Below are positions 38,819 through 47,676 of a stretch of 64,000 bases of DNA, piece after piece. Both the position numbers and the translations under genes were made by a program. The number at the start of each line of letters is the position of its first letter. The stretch's first letter is position 1. The stretch is taken from positions 190,293-254,292 of the forward strand of contig JBIJDH010000010.1 in the NCBI GenBank assembly GCA_044344255.1. The letters run 5' to 3'. The stretch is from Myxococcota bacterium. GTDB taxonomy: Bacteria; Myxococcota_A; UBA796; UBA2385. The notes under the pieces are model-generated. The model did no database searches. It was not told where the DNA came from and saw nothing but the letters and a program-made list of their open reading frames with translations.

Positions 38819-40444
38819 ATGCTGTTGAGCCTCCTGCTCTGGGTGACCGCCAGCCCCACAGCCGCGGCCGCATCCCCGGCCTGCGTGCAGGCCTGCCAGG
38901 ACGCGCACGCTTATTGCGCCCAGACCTACGCCGCAGGCTGTGACGCGATGGGCAACCTCGCCGGGCAGGCGGCTGACAAGGCCCTGCAGAACGTGCCGGG
39001 GGGCGCTCTGTTCTCGGGGCTGTTGTCCCAGTCCACCCAGACGGCCTGCGAGCAGAAGCTGGCCCCCTGCAACACGACGCGGATCTCCTGCCTCCAGGCC
39101 TGCGAGCAGACCGGCGCCGCCCAACCCACCGCACAGGCCCAGGCCGCCGCCGCGGGCCCGACCCCTGTGCTCATCTACGCCGACACACCGGGCGCGCAGG
39201 TCTTCATTGACGGGAAGCGCGCGGGCAGCATCCCCCAGGAGGAGGGGGAGCCCTATACGAGCCCCCCGCTGACGGTGGGCGCCCACAGGGTGCGCGTGGC
39301 CACCCGCGACGGGCGCCGCTACTGGGAGGGCGAGGCCGCGCTCGTCTCGGGGCAGATCAACAGCGTGGAGGCCCAGCTCCTCGCCGAGGACGAGTGGACG
39401 CTCGCCGGGCTGCTCGCGGTAGAGCCAGGGGTCGGGATGGAGGAGATTGTCCCGCGCTACGAGCAGCTCGCCGCGGCGGCCACGACGCCAGAGGTCCGCC
39501 GCAGCGCGGGCGCCAAGGCCAAAGACCTCCGCGCTCGAATCGCCGAGGCGAAGGCGGAGGCGGCTCGCCAGCGAACCCAGAGCGCGGGAGAGCTCTACTC
39601 CATCATCCAATCCTCGGGGGTCAACCTCTCCCAAAAGGAGGAGCGCTGCGAGGCCTACCTCCGCGCCTACGAGGGCGAGGCGGACACCGAGGCGGTCCGA
39701 AAGGTGCTCGCCGAGCTCACCGCCCTGAAGGGTGAGGCCCTCAAGGGCCTCGAGAAGCGCACCCAGGCCTTCTCCAAGCTCGACAAGGACAGCCTCACCT
39801 GGAGGGCCAAACGGGAGGAGATCGCCATCTACGGCGCCGAGGTCTACTCCGACGTCGAAGACAAGGGGCTCTCCCCCTACGCAGACCAGCTCCTCACGGG
39901 CTCGGGCGCCTGGGTCCCGCCCGCCTCCCGCGACACCGTCGAGAAGCTCTGGAGCTCGGAGGGCGAACGCGCCGAGAAGCGGCGCAACCGCCTCTTCGCC
40001 GTGTCCCTCATCACCACGCTGGTCCAGCCGATCGCCGTCCTCGCGGACGGGGACCCGAGCGTCAACACCGCGATCTCCGTCCTCAACGTCGGCGCGGGGG
40101 GCGGGATGGTGATCGGCACGATGGCCAAGCGGAGTGACCTGCGCGGGCGGTACGGCGACGCCTATCCGAGCGAGGGCCGGGTCCCCCACGCCGGCGGGCC
40201 GCTCTACCTCGCCGCCGGCCTCCAGCTCGGGACCTCGGTGGTCTTGAACGGGATCCTCGACCAGCAGGCCGATGACCCCTACGGATCCGACGACTGGGTC
40301 GATGAGCAACGGAGCCAGGTCCAGACGATCCAGCTGAGCGGCTTCGCCAACCTCGGCTTGGGCGTCGCCGCCAGCCTCCTCCGCCGCACCGACGCGGCCG
40401 AGGGCGCCCAGATCTCCGCCAACAGCGTGATGTGGAGGTTTTGA
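38819..40444 (+). CDS. Secreted PEGA-domain protein with Cys-rich N-terminus
   Basis: Signal peptide; repeated CxxxC; PGAQVFIDGK.AG..P...L..G.H.V (PEGA); helical and hydrophobic C-terminal part. Confidence 0.72.
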   Translation: MLLSLLLWVTASPTAAAASPACVQACQDAHAYCAQTYAAGCDAMGNLAGQAADKALQNVPGGALFSGLLSQSTQTACEQKLAPCNTTRISCLQACEQTGAAQPTAQAQAAAAGPTPVLIYADTPGAQVFIDGKRAGSIPQEEGEPYTSPPLTVGAHRVRVATRDGRRYWEGEAALVSGQINSVEAQLLAEDEWTLAGLLAVEPGVGMEEIVPRYEQLAAAATTPEVRRSAGAKAKDLRARIAEAKAEAARQRTQSAGELYSIIQSSGVNLSQKEERCEAYLRAYEGEADTEAVRKVLAELTALKGEALKGLEKRTQAFSKLDKDSLTWRAKREEIAIYGAEVYSDVEDKGLSPYADQLLTGSGAWVPPASRDTVEKLWSSEGERAEKRRNRLFAVSLITTLVQPIAVLADGDPSVNTAISVLNVGAGGGMVIGTMAKRSDLRGRYGDAYPSEGRVPHAGGPLYLAAGLQLGTSVVLNGILDQQADDPYGSDDWVDEQRSQVQTIQLSGFANLGLGVAASLLRRTDAAEGAQISANSVMWRF

Positions 40445-40890
40445 TGACCGCGTCCTCGCCAATGCCTCACCGGGCGACCGCTCGGGCCAACCGCCGCCCC
40501 CGCCTCACCGTCGGGTTCGCGCTCCTCGGGCTCCTCCTCGGCGCGGAGGCCGCCGCCGCGGAGGCTCCGTTCGCCGCTGCGGCGCCCGAGCTCGTCCCCC
40601 ACCTCTCTCGCGGCGCCTGGGCCGCACCCGCTCCCCTCCGCTCGACCTTGCTCCCCCAAGGACTCCCGAGGGCCCGGTCACTCGCCCCGGGCAATTCGGG
40701 TCCAGGGATGGTTCTCACCACGATCGGGGGCGTCGCCGTGGTGATGGGCGGAATATACTTCCTCGTTGGGGGGGCCGCGGAGCTGGACGGGATGTCTGAA
40801 TACGGAGGGCTGGCCTTCAAAGGCGGTCTCCCGATGCTCGCGATCGGCATCCCGCTCCTCAAGTGGGAAGACTCACTCCGGAGCCGCTGA
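40444..40890 (+). CDS. Hypothetical membrane protein
   Basis: Coupled (TGATG) to upstream gene; signal-like segment and two hydrophobic helices. Confidence 0.6.
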   Translation: MTASSPMPHRATARANRRPRLTVGFALLGLLLGAEAAAAEAPFAAAAPELVPHLSRGAWAAPAPLRSTLLPQGLPRARSLAPGNSGPGMVLTTIGGVAVVMGGIYFLVGGAAELDGMSEYGGLAFKGGLPMLAIGIPLLKWEDSLRSR

Positions 40891-40906
40891 CCGCCTCATG
40901 GAGCGC

Positions 40907-41884
40907 TCAGCAGGTCCCCGGGGGAGCCCCTGGACGCCGCCCCGGCTCGCCCACCTCCACGCGGAGGGCCTCGGCCAGCTCAACCCGGCTCGCCACCTGG
41001 AGGCGGGCGTAGATGGCGCGGAGGTGGGTGCGCACGGTCTCGCTGGACAGTCCGGTCGCGCTCGCGATCTGCGGCACCGTCGCCCCGGCGGCGGCGAAGT
41101 CGCCCACCTCGCGCTGGCGGGGGGTGAGCTGGGCGCCGATCCGCAGCCGCAGCGGCTCCACGGGGCAGAGCCGCACGTGGACCCGCGCGTCGCCCTCTCC
41201 CTCGAGCCGGGTGAGCTCCACCGCGGCCCCTTCGATCTGCTCGCGCAGGGCCGAGGCCGGCCAGCCTCGCTCGGCGCGCGACCGTAGCAGGGTCGAGAGG
41301 CCCCGCGCGACGTCGGGCGCCGCCAGCCAGGCCCGGCCGACGGGCGAGGCGTGGGAGACGACCCCGTCCCCGCGGAGCAGCACGTCTCCCTCCGCGACGG
41401 GCAGCAGGACCCGCGCGCGGCGGTCGGCCTGGGTGAGCCCCCGGGCGAGCTCGGCGCGGTGGGCGTTGCAGCGGCAGAGCGCCTCTTCGCGGAGCGCCTC
41501 TCCGGGGAGGCAGAGGCCAACCCAGGCCACGAGCCGCTCGCCGTCGAAGATCAAGCGCCGAGCCACCGAGCCGGGGGCCACCGCGGCGTCGCCGAAGACC
41601 GCTCGCTCGAGGGCGTCGACGCCGCGGACGAGCTGATCCCGACCGCGCGGCGCGGAGGCGTGGACGGCCTCCCTGCAGGCCTGAACCACCCGGTCAGGGT
41701 CCAAGGCCGCGACCCCGCTCGCTGGGGGGCCGGCGGAGGCCGACCAGCAGAGGACCGCCCTGCCCTTCACGAGGCCGACCTGGAGGCCCACCGCCGAGGC
41801 TCCCGGGGCGCGGTCCGCGAGCTGCTGGAGCGCCGCGTGGCGCAACGAGAGAGGAGAAAGAGGGATTGTCGCTGGGTGGACCAT
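40907..41884 (-). CDS. LuxR-family transcriptional regulator
   Basis: C-terminal LTPRQREV...G....IA...GLS.ETVRTHL..IY..L.V.SRVEL; N-terminus is not a receiver domain. Confidence 0.85.
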   Translation of the reverse strand: MVHPATIPLSPLSLRHAALQQLADRAPGASAVGLQVGLVKGRAVLCWSASAGPPASGVAALDPDRVVQACREAVHASAPRGRDQLVRGVDALERAVFGDAAVAPGSVARRLIFDGERLVAWVGLCLPGEALREEALCRCNAHRAELARGLTQADRRARVLLPVAEGDVLLRGDGVVSHASPVGRAWLAAPDVARGLSTLLRSRAERGWPASALREQIEGAAVELTRLEGEGDARVHVRLCPVEPLRLRIGAQLTPRQREVGDFAAAGATVPQIASATGLSSETVRTHLRAIYARLQVASRVELAEALRVEVGEPGRRPGAPPGTC

Positions 41885-41967
41885 GCCGAGAGGCTATGGG
41901 CCTCCCCGCACAGGAGGGTCGGAGGTCGATCAGAGATCGGCGCCCACCCCCACACGGAGGACACTGG

Positions 41968-42633
41968 ATGGCGTGGACCGTGACGCTCCGCCTCGAAGAT
42001 GGGAGCCCGAGGACGCTCGGGGAGGGATCCCTGATCGGCCGCGCCCGCGCCGCCGAGCTCCGCGTGGACGACCCCGGCGTCTCGGAGGCCCACGCCTTCC
42101 TCACCGCCCGCGGCGGTCAGCTCCGCATCCAGGCCCTGCGCGGGGCCGTGCGCGTCAACGGCGTGCCCGTGCGAGAGTGCGCCCTCCACCGGGGCCAGCG
42201 GGTGGAGCTCGGCCCGAGCTTCGCCTTCACGGTCGAGTCCGTCGAGGGCCCCGAGGACCCCAAGCTCGCCCAGGACAGCACCCAGGGTGACCCCGACCGG
42301 CCGCTGCACCTCTGCCTCTCCGCCGAGGGGGTGCGTGTAGACGAGGGCGGGCCCCCGCTCCTGCTGAGCGGCAACACCGCCGACCTCCTCCGCCTCCTCG
42401 TCGACGCGGCCGAGCCCGTCCACTGGAGCGAGGTCGCCCGTTGGTTCTGGCCCGAGCGCGACCGACCCCAGTGGCGGGCCCGCTTCGACGCCACCGTGAA
42501 GGAGCTCCGCGCCAAGCTGCGCGAGCGCCACATCCGGGTCGACCTGCTCGCCTCCTCCGAGGGCCTCTACCGGCTCAACCTCGGCCCGAAGGACACCGTC
42601 ACCCGCGCGGCCCCTGGAGAAGAACTCCGCTGA
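41968..42633 (+). CDS. FHA domain protein with C-terminal winged-helix
   Basis: LIGR......VDDP.VS..HA, V.VNG; C-terminal LL.LL...W....LR.KL...G.Y.L. Confidence 0.78.
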   Translation: MAWTVTLRLEDGSPRTLGEGSLIGRARAAELRVDDPGVSEAHAFLTARGGQLRIQALRGAVRVNGVPVRECALHRGQRVELGPSFAFTVESVEGPEDPKLAQDSTQGDPDRPLHLCLSAEGVRVDEGGPPLLLSGNTADLLRLLVDAAEPVHWSEVARWFWPERDRPQWRARFDATVKELRAKLRERHIRVDLLASSEGLYRLNLGPKDTVTRAAPGEELR

Positions 42634-42639
42634 GGGCCC

Positions 42640-43167
42640 TCAGCTCCGACCGCCGCGGGCCGCGAGGGCCTCGCCGCCGTTCTCGATGACGTCGCGGGCG
42701 GCGCGCAGGATGGCGCCGTAGCCGGTGCAGCGACAGATGTTCGAAGACAGCGCCTCCTCGAGGCGCCGGTCGCTGGGCTCGGGGTCTTCGTCGAGGAGGG
42801 CGGCGAGGCAGAGGGCGACGCCCGGGGTGCAGTAGCCGCACTGGGCGCCGATGTGGCGGTGCAGGGCCTCCTGGATCGGGTGGAGGACGCCGTCCTGGGC
42901 GAGGCCCTCGATGGTGCGGACGCTCGCCCCCTCCACCTCGACCGCCAGCGTGATGCAGGACAGGCGGGGCGCTCCGCCGACGAGCACCGTGCAGGCCCCG
43001 CAGTCGCCCACGTCACAGCCGTGCTTCGTGCCAGTGAGGTGAAGATCCTCGCGCAGAAAGTCGAGCAAGCTGCGGTTCGCCGGCACGAGGCAGCGGCGGG
43101 GCTCGTCGTTGACGACGAGGGACAGGATGAGCTCGGGCGAAGAGAGGTCGGTCGGAGGGGACTTCAT
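42640..43167 (-). CDS. (2Fe-2S) small subunit, CoxS/XdhC type
   Basis: GTKHGC..GDCGACTV, TIEGL, QCGYCTPG, N.CRCTGY. Confidence 0.93.
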   Translation of the reverse strand: MKSPPTDLSSPELILSLVVNDEPRRCLVPANRSLLDFLREDLHLTGTKHGCDVGDCGACTVLVGGAPRLSCITLAVEVEGASVRTIEGLAQDGVLHPIQEALHRHIGAQCGYCTPGVALCLAALLDEDPEPSDRRLEEALSSNICRCTGYGAILRAARDVIENGGEALAARGGRS

Positions 43168-43255
43168 GCCGCCCCGTTAACGCGGTCCCGGCGGGGCCTC
43201 GCCCTCGCACCCCCGGCCTTGCACAGGGACGCGGGGCCCCGGTTAGCGGGCGCCG

Positions 43256-44692
43256 ATGTCCGCCAACACCCGCACGGTCACCCCCACCTACTGGACCCAA
43301 GACGGCGAGGCCGCCAAGGACGACGTCGACAATCGGCATCGTCGCGCGGTGATCTTCGGCGCCATCCCCGGCGAGGCGGCTCGGGTGGAGATCGATCACT
43401 CCGGCGAGCTCGAGCACCACGCCCGCTTCATGTCGGCCCACGAGCCGCACCCCCGGCGGCGGCCGGCCCCCTGCCCGCGCTTCCGAACCTGCGGCGGCTG
43501 CTCGCTCATGCACCTCGACGCCGTCGGCCAGCACGACGCCCGGCGCGCGATCCTCGCCGAGGCCCTCCGCAACGAGAACCTGAGCGCCGTCCTCCCCGAG
43601 CACGTCGACGCCGAGGCCGAGGGCGCCCTCGACTACCGCCACTCGGTCAAGCTCGTGCCCGGGCGCTCCGATCACGGCCACCTCCGCGTCGGCGTGTACG
43701 CCCGCGGCACCCGCCACGTCGTGCCGATCCCCGAGTGTGTCGTGGTGACGCCCATCCTCCGCGAGGTGATGAAGGCGGTGGCCTTCCAGGTCATCAGCCT
43801 CGAGGTCTTCCCCTGGGAGCCCGAGCTCGGCCGCGGCACGCTGCGCCACGTGCTGCTCCGCCAGAGCCGCTCCACCGGGCAGGTGCTGGTCACCCTCATC
43901 ACCGCCCGCAACATGCCCCTGGTGACGCAGCTCGCCGAGGGCATCGCGGCGGCCAACGGCGCCGTCGCCGGTGTCTGCCTCCAAGTGACCGACCACCCCG
44001 GTGAGGGCCTGTTCGCGCCGCCCCCGGGCGAGGACGAGGACGCCGTCCCGATGTTCCGCCTCCGCGGCCGCGACACCATCGAGGAGGACATCGGCGGCGT
44101 GCGGATCTCCATCGGCCCGGCTGACCCCTTCTCCCAGAACCCCGCCGTCGCCGACCGCCTCGCCCACGACCTCATCGCCGCCCTGTCCGGGGACCGCCAG
44201 CGGCCGGTGGTGGGCCTCCACAGCGGCGTCGGCGCCCTGATCCTGCCGCTGGCCAAGGCCCACGGCTGGGCCCTCGGCCTCGATCCCTCCCCCGGCGCGG
44301 TCGCCCGGGCCCAGGAGAACGCGCGAGGCCAGCACGTCCCGGCTGACTTCCTCGTGGGCGAGCTCACCGACCAGCTCCCCGAGGTCAAGCGGCGGGTGGG
44401 CAACCGCTCGCCCGTCATCGTGGTCGATCCGCCCCGCGGCCCGCTCTCGCCGGAGCTGCTGCAGGGCATCCTCGACCTCGACCCTGCGCGGGTCGTCTAC
44501 CTCTCCTCCGATCCCCGCGCCCTCGCCCGCGATCTCGCCGCCCTCCGCTCCCGCGGCTGGTCGATCGACGCGGTGAAGGCCTACGACATGAACCCGCAGA
44601 CCGCGCAGATGCAGATGGTGGCGATGCTCTCGCCCGCCGTCGCCCCGCCGCTCGGCAGCCGCTCGCCGCAGCGCCGCATCATCCGCGGCTGA
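43256..44692 (+). CDS. RlmD/TrmA-family RNA m5U methyltransferase homolog with substituted catalytic residues
   Basis: TRAM-like start, CPRFRTCGGC..C Fe-S motif, G.LRHV..R, DPPR; YLSSDP and DMNPQTAQMQ in place of YVSCNP and DMFPxTxHxE. Confidence 0.85.
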   Translation: MSANTRTVTPTYWTQDGEAAKDDVDNRHRRAVIFGAIPGEAARVEIDHSGELEHHARFMSAHEPHPRRRPAPCPRFRTCGGCSLMHLDAVGQHDARRAILAEALRNENLSAVLPEHVDAEAEGALDYRHSVKLVPGRSDHGHLRVGVYARGTRHVVPIPECVVVTPILREVMKAVAFQVISLEVFPWEPELGRGTLRHVLLRQSRSTGQVLVTLITARNMPLVTQLAEGIAAANGAVAGVCLQVTDHPGEGLFAPPPGEDEDAVPMFRLRGRDTIEEDIGGVRISIGPADPFSQNPAVADRLAHDLIAALSGDRQRPVVGLHSGVGALILPLAKAHGWALGLDPSPGAVARAQENARGQHVPADFLVGELTDQLPEVKRRVGNRSPVIVVDPPRGPLSPELLQGILDLDPARVVYLSSDPRALARDLAALRSRGWSIDAVKAYDMNPQTAQMQMVAMLSPAVAPPLGSRSPQRRIIRG

Positions 44693-44726
44693 ATCTTCCA
44701 CGGCGGGGGGTGATATCCTCCGCCGC

Positions 44727-46253
44727 ATGCTGACCCCCGCGCTCCTCCTCGGTCTCGCCTCCGGCCTCTTCTCCGCCCCCGCGGAGGCGCGAGAAGGCGC
44801 CGCCTACGTCTTCATCTCGCCCTTTGAGGCCAAGGGGAAGGACGCCGCCACCGCCGCCGCCACCCTGCCCGGCTACCTCGCGACCGAGCTGCAGGCGCAC
44901 CCGGAGGTCCGCGTCATCCCGATCGAGAAGGTGAGCGACGTCCACGACGTGAGCGCCGCCGCCTACGCCGCCTCCTGCCCCCCCGGGCAGTTCGTGGGCT
45001 GCGCCTTCGTGCTCGGCGACACCGCCAGCGCAGACTTCGTCGTCACCGGCCTCGTCGAGCACATCGAGAGCGGCACCCGGGCCGAGGTCCACATCATCTC
45101 GGTGGCCGACTCCGAGGACGTGCTCTCCTTCCAGGTCGATGTGAGCGGCGGCGACGACAAGATCTTCGCCGAGGGTGTCGCCCGCGTGCTCCTCGCCGTG
45201 ATTGAGGGCAAGGCCGGCGCCAAGGGCGACATCCGGGCCAGCGGGGCCGGCGCCGAGGGCGAGGAGGGCGACGAAGAGGAGGGCGAGACGGTCGACAAGG
45301 GCGTCGCCGCCAAGCAGCTCAACCAGCTCGAGCAGGAGATCGGCGGCGTCAAGCAGCTCCCCCGCCGCGAGGGCGAGCGCATCGAGCGGCCCAAGCTCAC
45401 CGAGGAGGAGCTGCTCCAGGACATGAACAAGGAGGGGGCCAAGCCCTGGGAGCGCCTCAACATGAGCCCCGGGGCCTACCTCCGCTACCGGAACTCCGGC
45501 TTGAAGCTCCCCGAGTGGCGCAAGCGCGCCCAGGGCCGCAAGGGGCAGGTGCTGGTCCGCGGCGAGGTGGGCTTCCTCCGCGCGCCGCTCAACCAGGACT
45601 ACTACGGCCGCATCGGCCGCTCCGAGGTCGATCTCTCGGTGGTCGAGTCCTACGCCTACCAGTCGAGCGCCACCGGCAGCGGCTTCACGGGCGGCTTCAG
45701 CGCCGGCTACGGGCTGCTCCCCTCCCTCGAGGTGGGCCTCGTCGCAGGCTTTGCGACGGGCAAGTACGTCGTCAACATCCAGGCGATCACTGAGGGCCAG
45801 GAGACGGCCGCCCCCCCGGACGAAGAGTTCGGCAATTCGAACCTCTACTTCGGGCCCCAGGTCCTCGCCGGCCTCTTCCCGGTCTCCTCGGTGCGCCCGG
45901 TGGTGGGCGGGCAGTTCACGATGAACCTCGGCTCGACCATCGACCAGCACGTGAGCATCCCCGCCGACCTCCCCACCTTTGACCGCAGCACCTACCTCGG
46001 CGTCGCCGGCATCCTCGGCGTCGAGGCCCGCCTCGGCGGCACGGTCGACGCCTTCATCCACGTACCGGTGGGCGTGGTCGTCGGCGGCCGGACGAGCGAG
46101 GAGGCCCACGAGGGCAGCGCCGTGCTCACCAACCTCGAGGAGCCAGGAGAGCCCGGCGCCATCACCACGAGCGTGCTCGCCGGCGTGCAGGTGCGCCTGG
46201 GCGGGGTCCGGGCCAAGGGCTCGAAGATGGACCGCTTCGAGGACGAATTCTAG
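44727..46253 (+). CDS. Hypothetical exported protein with probable C-terminal beta-barrel
   Basis: Signal peptide ending AEA; amphipathic beta-strand pattern in the C-terminal half. Confidence 0.7.
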   Translation: MLTPALLLGLASGLFSAPAEAREGAAYVFISPFEAKGKDAATAAATLPGYLATELQAHPEVRVIPIEKVSDVHDVSAAAYAASCPPGQFVGCAFVLGDTASADFVVTGLVEHIESGTRAEVHIISVADSEDVLSFQVDVSGGDDKIFAEGVARVLLAVIEGKAGAKGDIRASGAGAEGEEGDEEEGETVDKGVAAKQLNQLEQEIGGVKQLPRREGERIERPKLTEEELLQDMNKEGAKPWERLNMSPGAYLRYRNSGLKLPEWRKRAQGRKGQVLVRGEVGFLRAPLNQDYYGRIGRSEVDLSVVESYAYQSSATGSGFTGGFSAGYGLLPSLEVGLVAGFATGKYVVNIQAITEGQETAAPPDEEFGNSNLYFGPQVLAGLFPVSSVRPVVGGQFTMNLGSTIDQHVSIPADLPTFDRSTYLGVAGILGVEARLGGTVDAFIHVPVGVVVGGRTSEEAHEGSAVLTNLEEPGEPGAITTSVLAGVQVRLGGVRAKGSKMDRFEDEF

Positions 46254-46289
46254 GGCCGAAGCTTGGAGGGCGAAGGCCCACGCGCCCGC

Positions 46290-46487
46290 TCAGATCCGCG
46301 TGCGCCGCCGCTTCCAGGCGCGCCGGAGCTCATGGCTGGCGCCGACGAGACAGAGGGTGTGGTGCACGCCCAGCCAGGCCCAGCCGCGCAGGCCGAGGCG
46401 CGGCGCGAGGATCACGGTCAAGCCGACCGCGATGAAGATCCAGGTGAGGGCGACCACGAAGCCGAGGTCAAAGCGACGGCGAGCCAT
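46290..46487 (-). CDS. Small membrane protein (65 aa)
   Basis: Two hydrophobic helices and a basic tail; fills the gap between flanking genes. Confidence 0.6.
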   Translation of the reverse strand: MARRRFDLGFVVALTWIFIAVGLTVILAPRLGLRGWAWLGVHHTLCLVGASHELRRAWKRRRTRI

Positions 46488-46532
46488 GCGCCGAGCATGA
46501 CACGGCGCGCCCCTCCCCGATAGACCGCCCGG

Positions 46533-47657
46533 ATGCCGCCCCGCCCCGCCCCCAGCGCTGACCCTGACGCCGACCGCGACCCGGACAGCGACCCCGACGA
46601 AGACACCACCCTCGAAGAGGGGCCCGTCGCCGCCGAGGCCAGCCTCGCCGGGGCGCCCGGCCTGCCCTGGGCCCGCTACATCTGGTGCCACGCCGTCGCC
46701 AGCGGCCGGCGCGCCGACGTCTACCTCTCCGAGCACTTCCCCCGCTGGTCGCGCACGAAGGCGGCCCGCTACATCGAGGAGGGCCTCGTGCGGAGCGAGA
46801 CCCGCCCGAGCCTCAAGCCCTCCACCCTCCTCCGCGAGGGTGAGCGCCTGCGCCTGCTGGTGCCGGGGATGATCCCCACCGGCGCCCCGCCGCCGCTGCC
46901 GCCCATCGTCTACGAGGACGACCGGCTGCTGGTCTTCAACAAGCCGGCCGGGATGCTCGTGCACCCGGCGGGCGAGCGCTTCGCCTACGCGCTCATCGGC
47001 CTCGTCAAGGCGGCCCGCCCCGGCGACCGGATGGACCTCGTGCACCGCCTCGACCGCGACACGAGCGGCGTCCTCGTGCTCACCAAGGACCGCGAGGCCA
47101 ACGCCGCGCTCAAGCACGTGCTCAAGCACCAGCACCACCGCATCGACAAGCAGTACCTCGCCATCTCCCGCGGCGTCATCCCCTGGGAGGAGGAGGACTG
47201 CCACCTGCCGGTGGGCGTCGCCACAGGCAGCCTCGTGCGCCTCCGCCGCGGCGTGATCCCCGACGGCGACGCCTCCCGCACCACCTTCCGGGTGGTGCAA
47301 CGCCTCGAAGGCCACACCCTCGTCGCCTGTCGGCTGCACACGGGGCGCACCCACCAGATCCGGGTGCACCTCGAGGCCCTCGGCTACCCCCTGCTCGGCG
47401 ACAAGCTCTATGGGCAGCCCGACGAGGTCTTCATGCACTACCTCGACCACGGCGACGACGCGCGCGTGCGGGCGGCGGTGCCCTTCCCGCGGCAGGCCCT
47501 CCACGCCTGGCGCATCACGCTCCCGCACCCCGACGGCCACGAGGCCACCTTCGAGGCCCCCCTCACCCCCGAGCTCCAGGCCGTGGTCGACGGGGCGCCC
47601 CCCGGCTGGCCCGAGGCGCCCGCGGCGGGCGAGGCTCCGCCGCCGCTCGGTGGTTAG
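46533..47657 (+). CDS. RluA/RluD family pseudouridine synthase
   Basis: S4-like region, NKPAG..VHP, HRLDRDTSG, TGRTHQIRVH, LHA. Confidence 0.93.
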   Translation: MPPRPAPSADPDADRDPDSDPDEDTTLEEGPVAAEASLAGAPGLPWARYIWCHAVASGRRADVYLSEHFPRWSRTKAARYIEEGLVRSETRPSLKPSTLLREGERLRLLVPGMIPTGAPPPLPPIVYEDDRLLVFNKPAGMLVHPAGERFAYALIGLVKAARPGDRMDLVHRLDRDTSGVLVLTKDREANAALKHVLKHQHHRIDKQYLAISRGVIPWEEEDCHLPVGVATGSLVRLRRGVIPDGDASRTTFRVVQRLEGHTLVACRLHTGRTHQIRVHLEALGYPLLGDKLYGQPDEVFMHYLDHGDDARVRAAVPFPRQALHAWRITLPHPDGHEATFEAPLTPELQAVVDGAPPGWPEAPAAGEAPPPLGG

Positions 47658-47676
47658 ATCCCCCTGAGGAGGCTCC

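Noticed and set aside
41946..41961. ACCCCCACACGGAGGA as a fourth LuxR-type box
   Set aside because: Several mismatches, the right arm is explained by the Shine-Dalgarno, and it lacks the 23-nt TA geometry.
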